NCBI GenBank assembly: GCA_036556305.1
Contig: DATBJO010000069.1
Span: 1,520 to 65,519 of the forward strand
From: Gemmatimonadota bacterium
GTDB lineage: Bacteria; Gemmatimonadota; Gemmatimonadetes; JACCXV01; JAHWKZ01
DNA length: 64,000 nt
Direction: 5' to 3'
Part shown: piece after piece, positions 21,065 through 29,856 of the stretch
Position numbering within the stretch: position 1 is the first letter of the stretch
How the letters are laid out: each line of letters begins with the position of its first letter
Translations under genes and position numbers: made by a program
The notes under the pieces: model-generated
Told to the model about the DNA's origin: nothing
Databases searched by the model: none
The model's input: only the letters and a program-made list of their open reading frames with translations

Positions 21065-21568
21065 TCAGGTCACGGTCTTGCCCCCGAGGCCGTCCGCAGC
21101 GGGGATCGACGGGATCGGTCGCAGGAGGGTGGACGAGACAGCGCTCCCCAGGAGCGCGAAACCCGTCGCGATCTCGACGAGCTGCACGAAATGGAGCCAC
21201 TTGACCCAGCCCAGCGCGAACCGGACGACGGCGTCGGCCGAGGCCTGGAGGATCACCTGCAGGGCGACGAAGCCGGTCCACAGGGACGCTGCGCAGCACA
21301 GGGCGCCCGCCACCGCGACCGCGCGCCAGCGCGGCCGCAGCCGGTCGTTCAGCTCGGTGATCCGGTCGCTCATGAGGACCCAGAACAGCCCCAGGACCGC
21401 GCTCGCGAGCGTCACGAGGTACTCGGTCGATTCGGCGGCGAGTTTGGCCAGGTCCCCGGCGGTCGGCATGGGGTCGTCGACGAAGACGCCCTCGAGGCCG
21501 CGGTACACCGGAACGGCGAGCAGGAGCGGAACGGCGAAGAATGCCGTTCCCACCAGGATCGCCGGCAT
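21065..21568 (-). CDS. Hypothetical integral membrane protein (about 167 aa, roughly 4 TM helices)
   Basis: MPAILVGTAFFAVPLLLAVPVY... with hydrophobic helices. First gene of a tight three-gene minus-strand unit. Confidence 0.5.
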   Translation of the reverse strand: MPAILVGTAFFAVPLLLAVPVYRGLEGVFVDDPMPTAGDLAKLAAESTEYLVTLASAVLGLFWVLMSDRITELNDRLRPRWRAVAVAGALCCAASLWTGFVALQVILQASADAVVRFALGWVKWLHFVQLVEIATGFALLGSAVSSTLLRPIPSIPAADGLGGKTVT

Positions 21569-21769
21569 GCGCGAACGGGGGGTGAGGGAGTCCGTGGACA
21601 AGGGACGTGGCGGGAAGTATCGGGAGGCCGCGGAGGCCGCGCAAGAGACCGGCTGGTCATCGGACTCCCCCACGTTGTATATGGCGTCGCCAACCCCCGA
21701 AGAAAGGAAGATCGATGAAGGCAGCCGTGATGGAGCGCTTCGGCGCGCCGCGGGCGCGATGATTTCCGA

Positions 21770-22108
21770 ATGACCTGGGATGCCGTGCGCGAGCTCGCGC
21801 TCCGATTGCCGGGAGTCGAAGAGGGACCTTCCTACGGGACGCCGGCGCTCAAGGTCCGCGGCAGGCTGTTCGTGCGGCTCAAGGAGGACGGCGTGACGAT
21901 CGTTCTCAAGACGGATCCCCTCGAGCGCGAGCACCTGCTGCGCGCGGATCCCGAGACCTTCTTCATCACCGATCACTATCGCGACTATCCCTGGGTCCTC
22001 GTGCGCCTGGGGAAGGCGACGCGCCCACAGATGCGGGAGCTTCTGGAGGACGCCTGGCGGCGGGTGGCCCCGAAGCAGCTGATCGCCAAGCACGACCGGA
22101 CCGCCTGA
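21770..22108 (+). CDS. MmcQ/YjbR-family DNA-binding protein
   Basis: 112 aa. [27 protein letters not shown] is the MmcQ/YjbR signature. Confidence 0.75.
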   Translation: MTWDAVRELALRLPGVEEGPSYGTPALKVRGRLFVRLKEDGVTIVLKTDPLEREHLLRADPETFFITDHYRDYPWVLVRLGKATRPQMRELLEDAWRRVAPKQLIAKHDRTA

Positions 22109-22257
22109 CGACGTCCCGGACTCGACGCCGAGGGCGCGCCGGGATATCTTCTTCGACCTATTCGCTTCCCCCGCTCTCCGGGCACGACCCGGACCACGGG
22201 GGCGCCGGCGCTCGCGCCGGGCCGATTCCGCAAGACGACGTTTCACCAGGGTAGACG

Positions 22258-23574
22258 ATGTTCGACGAGCTCAGCGCCAAGCTGGACGGCGCCTTCGCGC
22301 GCTTTCGCGGCCGGGGGGTCCTCGACGACGCGCTGATCGCCGAGGGGATGCGGGAAGTCCGTCGCGCCCTGCTCGAGGCGGATGTCCATTTCAAGGTCGC
22401 GAAGGACTTCTGCGCGCGCGTCGAGGAGAAGGCCCGCGGGCAGGAGGTCGCGCCTTCGGTCACTCCGGCTCAGCAGGTGATCAAGATCGTCCACGACGAA
22501 CTGGTGGAGCTCCTGGGGGGCGCGCACGCGCCGCTCGCGGAGGCGAAGCAGCCGCCGACCGTGATCGTCCTCGCCGGGCTCCAGGGGTCGGGGAAGACGA
22601 CCACGGCCGGCAAGCTCGCGCGGACGCTTCAGAAACGGAACCGCCGGCCGATCCTCGTGGCGGCCGACATCTACCGCCCGGCGGCGATCGATCAGCTGGA
22701 GACCCTGGGGAAGCAGCTCGGCGTGCCGGTTCTCGCCGACCGGGAAGAGAAGAAGGTCGAGCGGCTGGCGGAGCGGGGGATCGCCCGGGCGCGCGAAGAG
22801 CGGCGGAACGTGGTCATCGTCGACACGGCCGGGCGCCTCCACGTCGACGACGAGATGATGGCGGAGCTGGAGCGCGTGTTCGCCGCCGCCGAGCCCGACG
22901 AGGCGCTCCTCGTCGCCGACGGGATGACCGGTCAGGACGCGGTGCGGATCGCCGAGACGTTCCACGCGAGGCTCCCGCTGACCGGGGTCGTCCTGACCAA
23001 GCTCGACGGCGACGCGCGCGGGGGCGCAGCGCTCTCGATCCACGCGGTGACGGGGTTGCCGATCAAGTACGTCGGCATGGGCGAGCGGCTGGACGCGCTC
23101 GAGGCGTTCCACCCCGACCGGATGGCGGGCCGGATCCTGGATCGCGGCGACGTCGTGTCGCTGGTCGAACGCGCGCAGGAGGCGATCGATCAGGACGAAG
23201 CCGCGAAGCTCGAGGACAAGGTCGGTCGGCGCGGCCAGTTCGACCTCGACGACTTCCTGAGCGCGATGAGGCAGCTCAAGCGGATGGGGCCGCTCGAGGG
23301 GATCCTCGGGATGATCCCGGGGGTCGGCAAGCAGCTCAAGGGCGCGAAGGTCGATCCCGACCGGATGAAGCGGAGCGAGGCGATCGTGCTCTCGATGACG
23401 GCCGCCGAGCGGCGCAACCCGAAGCTCCTGAACGGCAGCCGGCGCAAGCGGATTGCGCGCGGGAGCGGGACGACCGTGCAGGAGGTGAATCAGCTCCTCA
23501 AGCAATTCGGCGAGATGAACAAGATGATGAAGCAGCTCAAGGGCACGTTCGGACCCAGACTCCTCAGGAGGTAA
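22258..23574 (+). CDS. ffh: Signal recognition particle protein Ffh
   Basis: 438 aa. N, G ([20 protein letters not shown]) and M domains. Confidence 0.95.
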   Translation: MFDELSAKLDGAFARFRGRGVLDDALIAEGMREVRRALLEADVHFKVAKDFCARVEEKARGQEVAPSVTPAQQVIKIVHDELVELLGGAHAPLAEAKQPPTVIVLAGLQGSGKTTTAGKLARTLQKRNRRPILVAADIYRPAAIDQLETLGKQLGVPVLADREEKKVERLAERGIARAREERRNVVIVDTAGRLHVDDEMMAELERVFAAAEPDEALLVADGMTGQDAVRIAETFHARLPLTGVVLTKLDGDARGGAALSIHAVTGLPIKYVGMGERLDALEAFHPDRMAGRILDRGDVVSLVERAQEAIDQDEAAKLEDKVGRRGQFDLDDFLSAMRQLKRMGPLEGILGMIPGVGKQLKGAKVDPDRMKRSEAIVLSMTAAERRNPKLLNGSRRKRIARGSGTTVQEVNQLLKQFGEMNKMMKQLKGTFGPRLLRR

Positions 23575-23927
23575 TGCACGTGAGCGTACGCATCCGACTG
23601 CGCCGCATGGGCGCGAAGAAGCAGGCCTTCTACCGGATCGTGGTGGCCGACTCGCGGAGCCCGCGCGACGGCCGGTTCCTGGACACGATCGGGACCTACA
23701 ATCCGCGCAGCGTGCCGGTGGCGATCGATCTCGACCGCGCGAAGACGCTGAAGTGGCTGAAGGAGGGCGCGCTCCCGACCGACAGCGCGCGCTCGCTCCT
23801 CTCCCAGGCGGGGATCTGGCAGGAGTTCCGGGGTCATGGGGCGGCGCCGCGGGGACCCGGCTCCGAGCCGGCCGGCGGGGCGGAACCCTCCGAATCGGCC
23901 ACGGAGGAGACAGGTCCGGGGGAATAG
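23574..23927 (+). CDS. rpsP: 30S ribosomal protein S16
   Basis: [40 protein letters not shown], with a C-terminal extension. Confidence 0.9.
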   Translation: MHVSVRIRLRRMGAKKQAFYRIVVADSRSPRDGRFLDTIGTYNPRSVPVAIDLDRAKTLKWLKEGALPTDSARSLLSQAGIWQEFRGHGAAPRGPGSEPAGGAEPSESATEETGPGE

Positions 23928-23934
23928 CGGTTTC

Positions 23935-24456
23935 GTGACGCCGCATCTCGCGGTCGGCCGGATCGTCAAGCCGCACGGCATTCGCGGGGAGCTCGCCGTG
24001 TTTCCGCTTACCGAGAACGAGGCCCGGTTCGAGCCCGGGGCCGGCCTGTTCCTGAGCCCGAGCCCCGAAGGAGACCGGGGCCTGGTCCCGGTGACCGTCC
24101 TGGCCGCACGGCTCCATCGAGGGCGCTGGCTCCTGACGCTCGACCGGATCGAGGATCGGGCGCACGCCGAGCAGCACGTCGGCTCGTATCTCGTCGTCCC
24201 CCTCGAAGACGCGGAGGCGGCGCGCGAGGAGGGGGAGTGGTTCCTGCATTCGCTCGTCGGGCGGGTCGTCGTGGACGGATCGGGGGAATCGCTCGGACAG
24301 GTGCTCGACGTCATCGAGACAGGCGCCGCGCCGATGCTCGAGATCGGCCGGGCCGGAGGCGCGCGCAGGCTCCTGCCGTTCGTCAAGGAGTTCGTGACGC
24401 GCGTCGAAGGGGACAGGATCGTCGTCGCGCCGCCCGATGGGTGGCTGGAGCTGTAG
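23935..24456 (+). CDS. rimM: Ribosome maturation factor RimM
   Basis: GTG start. GRIVKPHGIRGEL matches the RimM N-terminus, followed by a PRC barrel. Conserved rpsP-rimM-trmD order. Confidence 0.85.
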   Translation: MTPHLAVGRIVKPHGIRGELAVFPLTENEARFEPGAGLFLSPSPEGDRGLVPVTVLAARLHRGRWLLTLDRIEDRAHAEQHVGSYLVVPLEDAEAAREEGEWFLHSLVGRVVVDGSGESLGQVLDVIETGAAPMLEIGRAGGARRLLPFVKEFVTRVEGDRIVVAPPDGWLEL

Positions 24457-24478
24457 CGGAGGGTCGCTCGACCGCGGA

Positions 24479-25171
24479 ATGCACGTCAACATCCTGACTC
24501 TGTTCCCCGGCTATTTCGCCGATCCGCTCGATCAGTCGATCACGGGCCGGGCGCGCCGCCGCGGGTTCTTCTCGTGGGATCTCCTCGATCTGCGTTCGTT
24601 CCTCCGCGAGGGGGAGCAGGTCGACGACTATCCGTACGGCGGCGGCGGGGGGATGGTGCTGAAGCCCGAGCCCGTCTTCCGGGCGTACGAGGCCCTCGAC
24701 TCGCCGCGGCCGTTCGTCCTCCTGTCCGCGCGCGGCCGGCCGTTCACGCATCGCGTCGCGGTCGAGCTCTCGGTGGAGCCCGAGCTGACGTTCCTCTGCG
24801 GGCACTACAAAGACGTGGACGAGCGAGTCCGGGAGGCTCTCGTCACCGACGAGATCTCGCTCGGCGACTTCGTCCTGTCGGGCGGGGAGATCGCGGCGCT
24901 GGCCGTGATCGACGCGGTCGTCCGGCTCCTGCCCGGCGTCCTCGGGGACTTCGACTCGGCCCAGGGCGATTCGTACCACGACGACTGGCTGCTGGGCCCG
25001 CCGTCGTACACGCGACCCGCGGAGTATCGCGGGATGAGGGTCCCGGAAGTCCTGCTCTCGGGCGATCATGCGGCGGTCGCGCGCTGGCGGTCGGAGGCGG
25101 CCGAGCGGCTCACCCGCGAGCGACGGCCCGACCTGGTCGCGCGCCGCGAGCGGGAGGAAGACGAGCCTTGA
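24479..25171 (+). CDS. trmD: tRNA (guanine37-N1)-methyltransferase TrmD
   Basis: [13 protein letters not shown]...[17 protein letters not shown]...DFVLSGGE. Confidence 0.9.
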   Translation: MHVNILTLFPGYFADPLDQSITGRARRRGFFSWDLLDLRSFLREGEQVDDYPYGGGGGMVLKPEPVFRAYEALDSPRPFVLLSARGRPFTHRVAVELSVEPELTFLCGHYKDVDERVREALVTDEISLGDFVLSGGEIAALAVIDAVVRLLPGVLGDFDSAQGDSYHDDWLLGPPSYTRPAEYRGMRVPEVLLSGDHAAVARWRSEAAERLTRERRPDLVARREREEDEP

Positions 25172-25196
25172 ACCACCTCATTCGAAGGGGTACCTT

Positions 25197-25547
25197 ATGA
25201 TTTCTATGGATCAGTCGATCGGCCAGGACCAGCTCCGCGAGGACATCCCCGTGTTCCGTCCGGGGGACACCGTGAAAGTCAACGTGCGCGTGCGCGAAGG
25301 CGAGAAGGAGCGACTGCAGGCGTTCGAGGGCGTCGTGATCCGCAGGAGAGGCGGCGGGCTCGACGAGACGTTCACGGTGCGCAAGGTCTCCAACGGCGTC
25401 GGCGTCGAGCGGATCTTCCCGCTCCATTCGCCGGTCATCGCCGACATCGAGGTCGTCCGCGAGGGACAGGTCCGTCGCGCCAAGCTGTACTACCTGCGGA
25501 ATCTCTCCGGCAAGGCTGCCCGGATCCGGGAGCGGCAGAGCACCTGA
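25197..25547 (+). CDS. rplS: 50S ribosomal protein L19
   Basis: [29 protein letters not shown]...ERIFPLHSP matches L19. Confidence 0.9.
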   Translation: MISMDQSIGQDQLREDIPVFRPGDTVKVNVRVREGEKERLQAFEGVVIRRRGGGLDETFTVRKVSNGVGVERIFPLHSPVIADIEVVREGQVRRAKLYYLRNLSGKAARIRERQST

Positions 25548-25551
25548 TCGG

Positions 25552-26553
25552 GTGAGCGGCCTCGACGCGCGCCTCGCCCGTCTTTCCGTCACCGAAATCA
25601 GCGCGATCCTGGACCGCCGCCGGGCGATCGGGCGCCAGACCGTGGAGCACCTGCTCCACGATTCGCGCGCCGGGGTTCGCGCGCTCGGCGAGCGGTATCT
25701 GGAGCGGGTCCGGGCCGCCGAGCGCGAGAAGGCCCGCGTCCGCCGCCTGCTCGGGACCGAGCGCGAGCTGCTCGAGGCCGAGTGCCGGCTGAGGGGCGAT
25801 CGCGTGGCGGTCGTGGCCGGCGTGGACGAGGCGGGGATGGCCCCGCTCGCGGGACCGGTCGTGGCGGCCGCGGTCGTGCTTCCGGATGGCTGGATCGTCG
25901 CCGAGCTCGACGACTCCAAGCGCGTCGATCCGGCCATGCGCGAGATCCTCGACCGCGAGATTCGCGGGGTGGCGCTCGCGGTCGGCGTCGGCGTCGTCTC
26001 CGAGCGCGTCATCGACCGCATCAACATCTACCAGGCCGGCCTCCTCGCGATGCGCCTCGCGCTCTCGAGGATCTCCGCGCCGTTCGACCTCGCCCTCCTC
26101 GACGGCCGGCCTCCGCGCACGTTTCCCGTGCCGCATCGCGCCGTGATCGGAGGCGACGCGCGCGTGCGCTCGATCGCCGCCGCTTCGATCATCGCCAAGG
26201 TCGCGCGCGACCGGCTTCTCGCCGATTGCCATCGCCGCTGGCCCCAGTACGGATTCGACACGAACAAGGGCTACATGACGCCCCAGCACGTCTCCGCTCT
26301 GCGCGAGCACGGGCTGTCGCCGATCCACCGGCTTTCGTTCCCGCGCGTCTGGGAAGAGGCGGACGCGATGGGACCTCTCTACCGGGACCTTTGCGATCGA
26401 TTGACCGCGGCCGATTCGGCGGGCTCGCTGGAGTCGGCCGAGTTCGCCTTCGACGCCGCCCGCGCGTCCCTCCACGCGAGCGAGGAGAAGCTCCTCCAGC
26501 GGCTCCTCGAGTCGCGGCGCGAGGCGCTGGCGGAGCTCGGCGCGACCCTCTAG
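25552..26553 (+). CDS. rnhB: Ribonuclease HII with N- and C-terminal extensions
   Basis: Core motif VAGVDEAGMAPLAGPVVAAAVVL...DDSK. The roughly 85-aa N-extension and 70-aa C-extension mean the true start may be later. Confidence 0.8.
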   Translation: MSGLDARLARLSVTEISAILDRRRAIGRQTVEHLLHDSRAGVRALGERYLERVRAAEREKARVRRLLGTERELLEAECRLRGDRVAVVAGVDEAGMAPLAGPVVAAAVVLPDGWIVAELDDSKRVDPAMREILDREIRGVALAVGVGVVSERVIDRINIYQAGLLAMRLALSRISAPFDLALLDGRPPRTFPVPHRAVIGGDARVRSIAAASIIAKVARDRLLADCHRRWPQYGFDTNKGYMTPQHVSALREHGLSPIHRLSFPRVWEEADAMGPLYRDLCDRLTAADSAGSLESAEFAFDAARASLHASEEKLLQRLLESRREALAELGATL

Positions 26554-26572
26554 TTTCGGATCGGGTCTGAGC

Positions 26573-27742
26573 ATGAAACTGCCGATCTATCTCGACTACC
26601 ACGCCACCACGCCCTGCGATCCGCGGGTCGTCGAGGCGATGCTGCCCTGCTTCCGCGAGAAGTTCGGAAACCCGTCCAGCCGCAGTCATTCGTTCGGCCG
26701 CGAGGCGGAGGAGATGGTCGAGCGTGCGCGCGGACAGGTGGCGGCGATCATGGGCGCGTCCCCCGACGAGATCGTCTTCACCTCGTGCGCGACCGAGGCG
26801 AACAACCTCGCGATCAAGGGCGCGGCGTGCGCGCGTCGCGAGGCCGGCGACGGCACGCACATCGTGAGCGCGCGGATCGAGCACAAGTCGGTCCTCGAGC
26901 CCCTGACGACGCTCGAGGACGATGGCTTCCGGATCAGCTGGCTCGAGGTGGACCCGCTCGGGCGCGTCGATCCCGCCGACCTCGCCGACGCCATCGACGA
27001 CGAGACGATCCTCGTCAGCCTGATGCTCGCGAACAACGAGATCGGGACGATCGAGCCGCTGGCCGACCTGGCCGCGATCGCGCACGAGGCGGGCGCGTGG
27101 GTCCACACCGACGCCGTCCAGGCGGTGGGGAAGATCCCCTTCGACGTGGACGCTCTCGACGTCGACCTGGCGGCGATCAGCGGTCACAAGTTCTACGGAC
27201 CGAAGGGAATCGGCGCGCTGTACGTGCGCCGTCGGTCGCGGCGCATGAAGCTCGCGCCCACGCTCTGCGGCGGCGGCCAGGAGCGGGGCCTCCGCTCCGG
27301 CACGCACAACGTCCCGGGCATCGTCGGGCTCGGCGTGGCGGCCGAGGTCGCGGGGGAGGAGCGCGAGGCGGAGTCGGCGCGGCTCGCGGTGCTCCGCGAT
27401 CGCCTCCAGGAGGGCCTCGAGCGCGAGATCGAGGACCTAGTCGTGAACGGGGACCCCGATCATCGGCTCCCGAACAACCTGAGCGTCTCGGTCCCGTACG
27501 TGGACGGCGAGGCGCTGCTCCTTTCGCTCGAGGACGTCGCGGTCTCGAGCGGCTCGGCGTGTCGATCGTCGGCGCCGGGCGGCTCGCACGTGATGAAAGC
27601 GATCGGCTGCGACGACGACCTGGCCCGGAGCACCATCCGTTTCGGCCTCGGACGCTGGACGACCGAGGAGGAGATCGACTACGCGATCGGACGCGTGACC
27701 GAGACGGTCGCCCGCCTGCGGTCGATGTCCTCGCTCACGTGA
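26573..27742 (+). CDS. Cysteine desulfurase (IscS/NifS family, PLP-dependent)
   Basis: PLP-lysine motif SGHKFYGPKG and catalytic Cys loop SSGSAC. Confidence 0.9.
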   Translation: MKLPIYLDYHATTPCDPRVVEAMLPCFREKFGNPSSRSHSFGREAEEMVERARGQVAAIMGASPDEIVFTSCATEANNLAIKGAACARREAGDGTHIVSARIEHKSVLEPLTTLEDDGFRISWLEVDPLGRVDPADLADAIDDETILVSLMLANNEIGTIEPLADLAAIAHEAGAWVHTDAVQAVGKIPFDVDALDVDLAAISGHKFYGPKGIGALYVRRRSRRMKLAPTLCGGGQERGLRSGTHNVPGIVGLGVAAEVAGEEREAESARLAVLRDRLQEGLEREIEDLVVNGDPDHRLPNNLSVSVPYVDGEALLLSLEDVAVSSGSACRSSAPGGSHVMKAIGCDDDLARSTIRFGLGRWTTEEEIDYAIGRVTETVARLRSMSSLT

Positions 27743-27818
27743 TCCGGATCGCGGGAAGCGGCCCCGTATTCCCGCGCCGACATCGCCTCCCGATCAGAGC
27801 GACCTCGCGACCGTCGCG

Positions 27819-28973
27819 GTGAACCCGGCGGGCGCGCGCCGCGCGCGCCGCCGCCATCCCTGGATCTACCGCTCCGATCTCCTCGTCGTCCCCGAGGGAC
27901 TCGAGAACGGCGCGATCGTGCGCGTCGTTGACCCGGCCGGCCGGCCGCTGGGCCGCGCGGGGTGGTCGCGGGAGTCGCTGATCTCGCTGCGCTTCGTGCG
28001 CTGGGACGACGCACCCGTGGACGCGGCGTTCTGGGCCGCGCGGCTGGAGGCGGCGCTCGCGCGCCGGGAGCGCGCGGGGATGTCCGGGCCCGCGCGGCGC
28101 ATCGTCTTCGGAGAGGCCGACGAGTGGCCGGGACTGGTCGTGGACCAGTACGGCGACTGTCTGAGCGTCCAGACGCTGACCCCGGCCGCCGACCGCTGGG
28201 CCCCGGCGTGGACGCGACTTCTGGCGGATCGGCTCGCGGCGCGCGCGGTCGTCGCCCGGAACGAGGTCTCCGTCCGGCGCCTCGAGGGCCTCGAGACCGG
28301 CACCCAGATCTGGCACGGGGAGCCGCCCGCCCCGTTCCCGGTGCGGATCGGCGACCGGACATTCCGGGTGGATCTCCTCCGCGGACAGAAGACGGGCGCG
28401 TTCCTGGACCAGCAGGAGAACTATCGTGCGGCCGCTCGCTGGGCCGACGGGGCCGGGCGCGCGCTCGACGCCTTCGCGGGCGAAGGCGGGTTCGCCCTCC
28501 ACCTGGCGCCCGTCGTCGGGCGCGTCGACGCGATCGAGAGCTCGGAAACCGCGGTCGAGCGCGGGCGCGCGAACGCCGAGGCCGAGGGCATCGGCAACAT
28601 CGAATGGAGCGTCGTGAACGCCTTCGACCGGCTTCACGAGCTGGACGCCGCCGGCGAGCGTTTCGAAGTGATCGTCCTCGACCCGCCGGCCTTCGCGAAG
28701 AACAAGAAGTCGCTGCCGGGCGCGCGGCGCGGCTACAAGGAGATCAACCTGCGCGCGCTCCGGTGCCTGGAGCCGGACGGCGTGCTCGTCACGTGCTCGT
28801 GCTCGTACCACATGTCGCGGGAGATGCTGCTCGAGATCGTCGCCGAGGCGGCGGGCGACGCCGGGCGCGAGGTCGAGCTGCTCGAGATCCGGACGCAGGC
28901 CCCCGACCATCCGATCCTCGTGAACGTCCCCGAGACCGAATACCTCAAGTGCCTGGTCCTGCGCGCGCGCTGA
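27819..28973 (+). CDS. Class I SAM-dependent rRNA methyltransferase (RlmI/RlmK-like 23S m5C family)
   Basis: PUA/EEHEE N-domain plus methyltransferase motifs (LDAFAGEGGF, VLDPPAF, SCSYHM). Confidence 0.8.
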   Translation: MNPAGARRARRRHPWIYRSDLLVVPEGLENGAIVRVVDPAGRPLGRAGWSRESLISLRFVRWDDAPVDAAFWAARLEAALARRERAGMSGPARRIVFGEADEWPGLVVDQYGDCLSVQTLTPAADRWAPAWTRLLADRLAARAVVARNEVSVRRLEGLETGTQIWHGEPPAPFPVRIGDRTFRVDLLRGQKTGAFLDQQENYRAAARWADGAGRALDAFAGEGGFALHLAPVVGRVDAIESSETAVERGRANAEAEGIGNIEWSVVNAFDRLHELDAAGERFEVIVLDPPAFAKNKKSLPGARRGYKEINLRALRCLEPDGVLVTCSCSYHMSREMLLEIVAEAAGDAGREVELLEIRTQAPDHPILVNVPETEYLKCLVLRAR

Positions 28974-29000
28974 GCTCGCGGCGCCCGTGTGGCGGCAGCG

Positions 29001-29717
29001 CTAGATCCGCTCCACCGACCCCGATCCGCTGACGTCCGCGTCGACGCGGGGCTGGCCCCTGTATCGCACGTCCCCCGAGCCGCTCACGCTGGCGTCGAGC
29101 CGGTCCGAAACCTGCACGGCGACGTCGCCGCTCCCGGAGACGTCGATGCGCGCCGAGCGCGCGCGGACCTCCAGCAGGTCGAGCTCGCCCGAGCCCGAGA
29201 CGTCTCCGTCGATCGCGCCGGCGGTCCCGTTCATGTGGATCTCGCCCGAGCCCGAGATCGACGCCGAGAGGTCGCCGAACTCGCCGTTTGCGGTGAGCTC
29301 GCTGGACCCCGAGACCCCGACATCGAACGCCGACGAGCGGACGTCGCGGACGGCCACGTTCGAGCTGCCGCCGCTATGGACCGCGTTCAGCGTCTCGACC
29401 GCGATTTCGATCCGGATCGCGTCGCGGGGCCTCAGATCCTGCTCGCTTTCGATATGGAGCGTGCCGTTGCGGACCTCGGTCCGAACGAGCGGGAGCAGGT
29501 TGTCGTCGCCCTCGAGGACGACCGACCGCGTCGCGCCGACGCGCACGACGACCTCGTATTCGCCGCCGATATCGATCCGGTCGAAGGCGGGCACGGAGCG
29601 GTTCTGCGACGTGACGACGCCCGAGCCCGCGACCGCGGGCCCGTCCCAGTCCACGGAGATCCCGCAGCCGAGGGCCGGGATCGCCGCGAAGAACGCGAAC
29701 GTCAGGAATCGGGACAT
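29001..29717 (-). CDS. DUF2807/head-GIN-domain lipoprotein with repetitive beta-solenoid SGSG segments
   Basis: Start MSRFLTFAFFAAIPALGC with a GGAGGTG RBS. Repeated VSGSG...V motifs. Confidence 0.65.
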   Translation of the reverse strand: MSRFLTFAFFAAIPALGCGISVDWDGPAVAGSGVVTSQNRSVPAFDRIDIGGEYEVVVRVGATRSVVLEGDDNLLPLVRTEVRNGTLHIESEQDLRPRDAIRIEIAVETLNAVHSGGSSNVAVRDVRSSAFDVGVSGSSELTANGEFGDLSASISGSGEIHMNGTAGAIDGDVSGSGELDLLEVRARSARIDVSGSGDVAVQVSDRLDASVSGSGDVRYRGQPRVDADVSGSGSVERI

Positions 29718-29856
29718 GCTCACCTCCAGGGGGAAATCCGTGGGACGCTGCACGTATTCGGTTCCTACGAGCCGGGAGCGCGCGCGGTTTCGGAACGGTC
29801 CTCCGAGGGGGTCGCGGGCCGGTCGAGCGCGGGAGGCTCGCGGCCGAGCACCCGAA

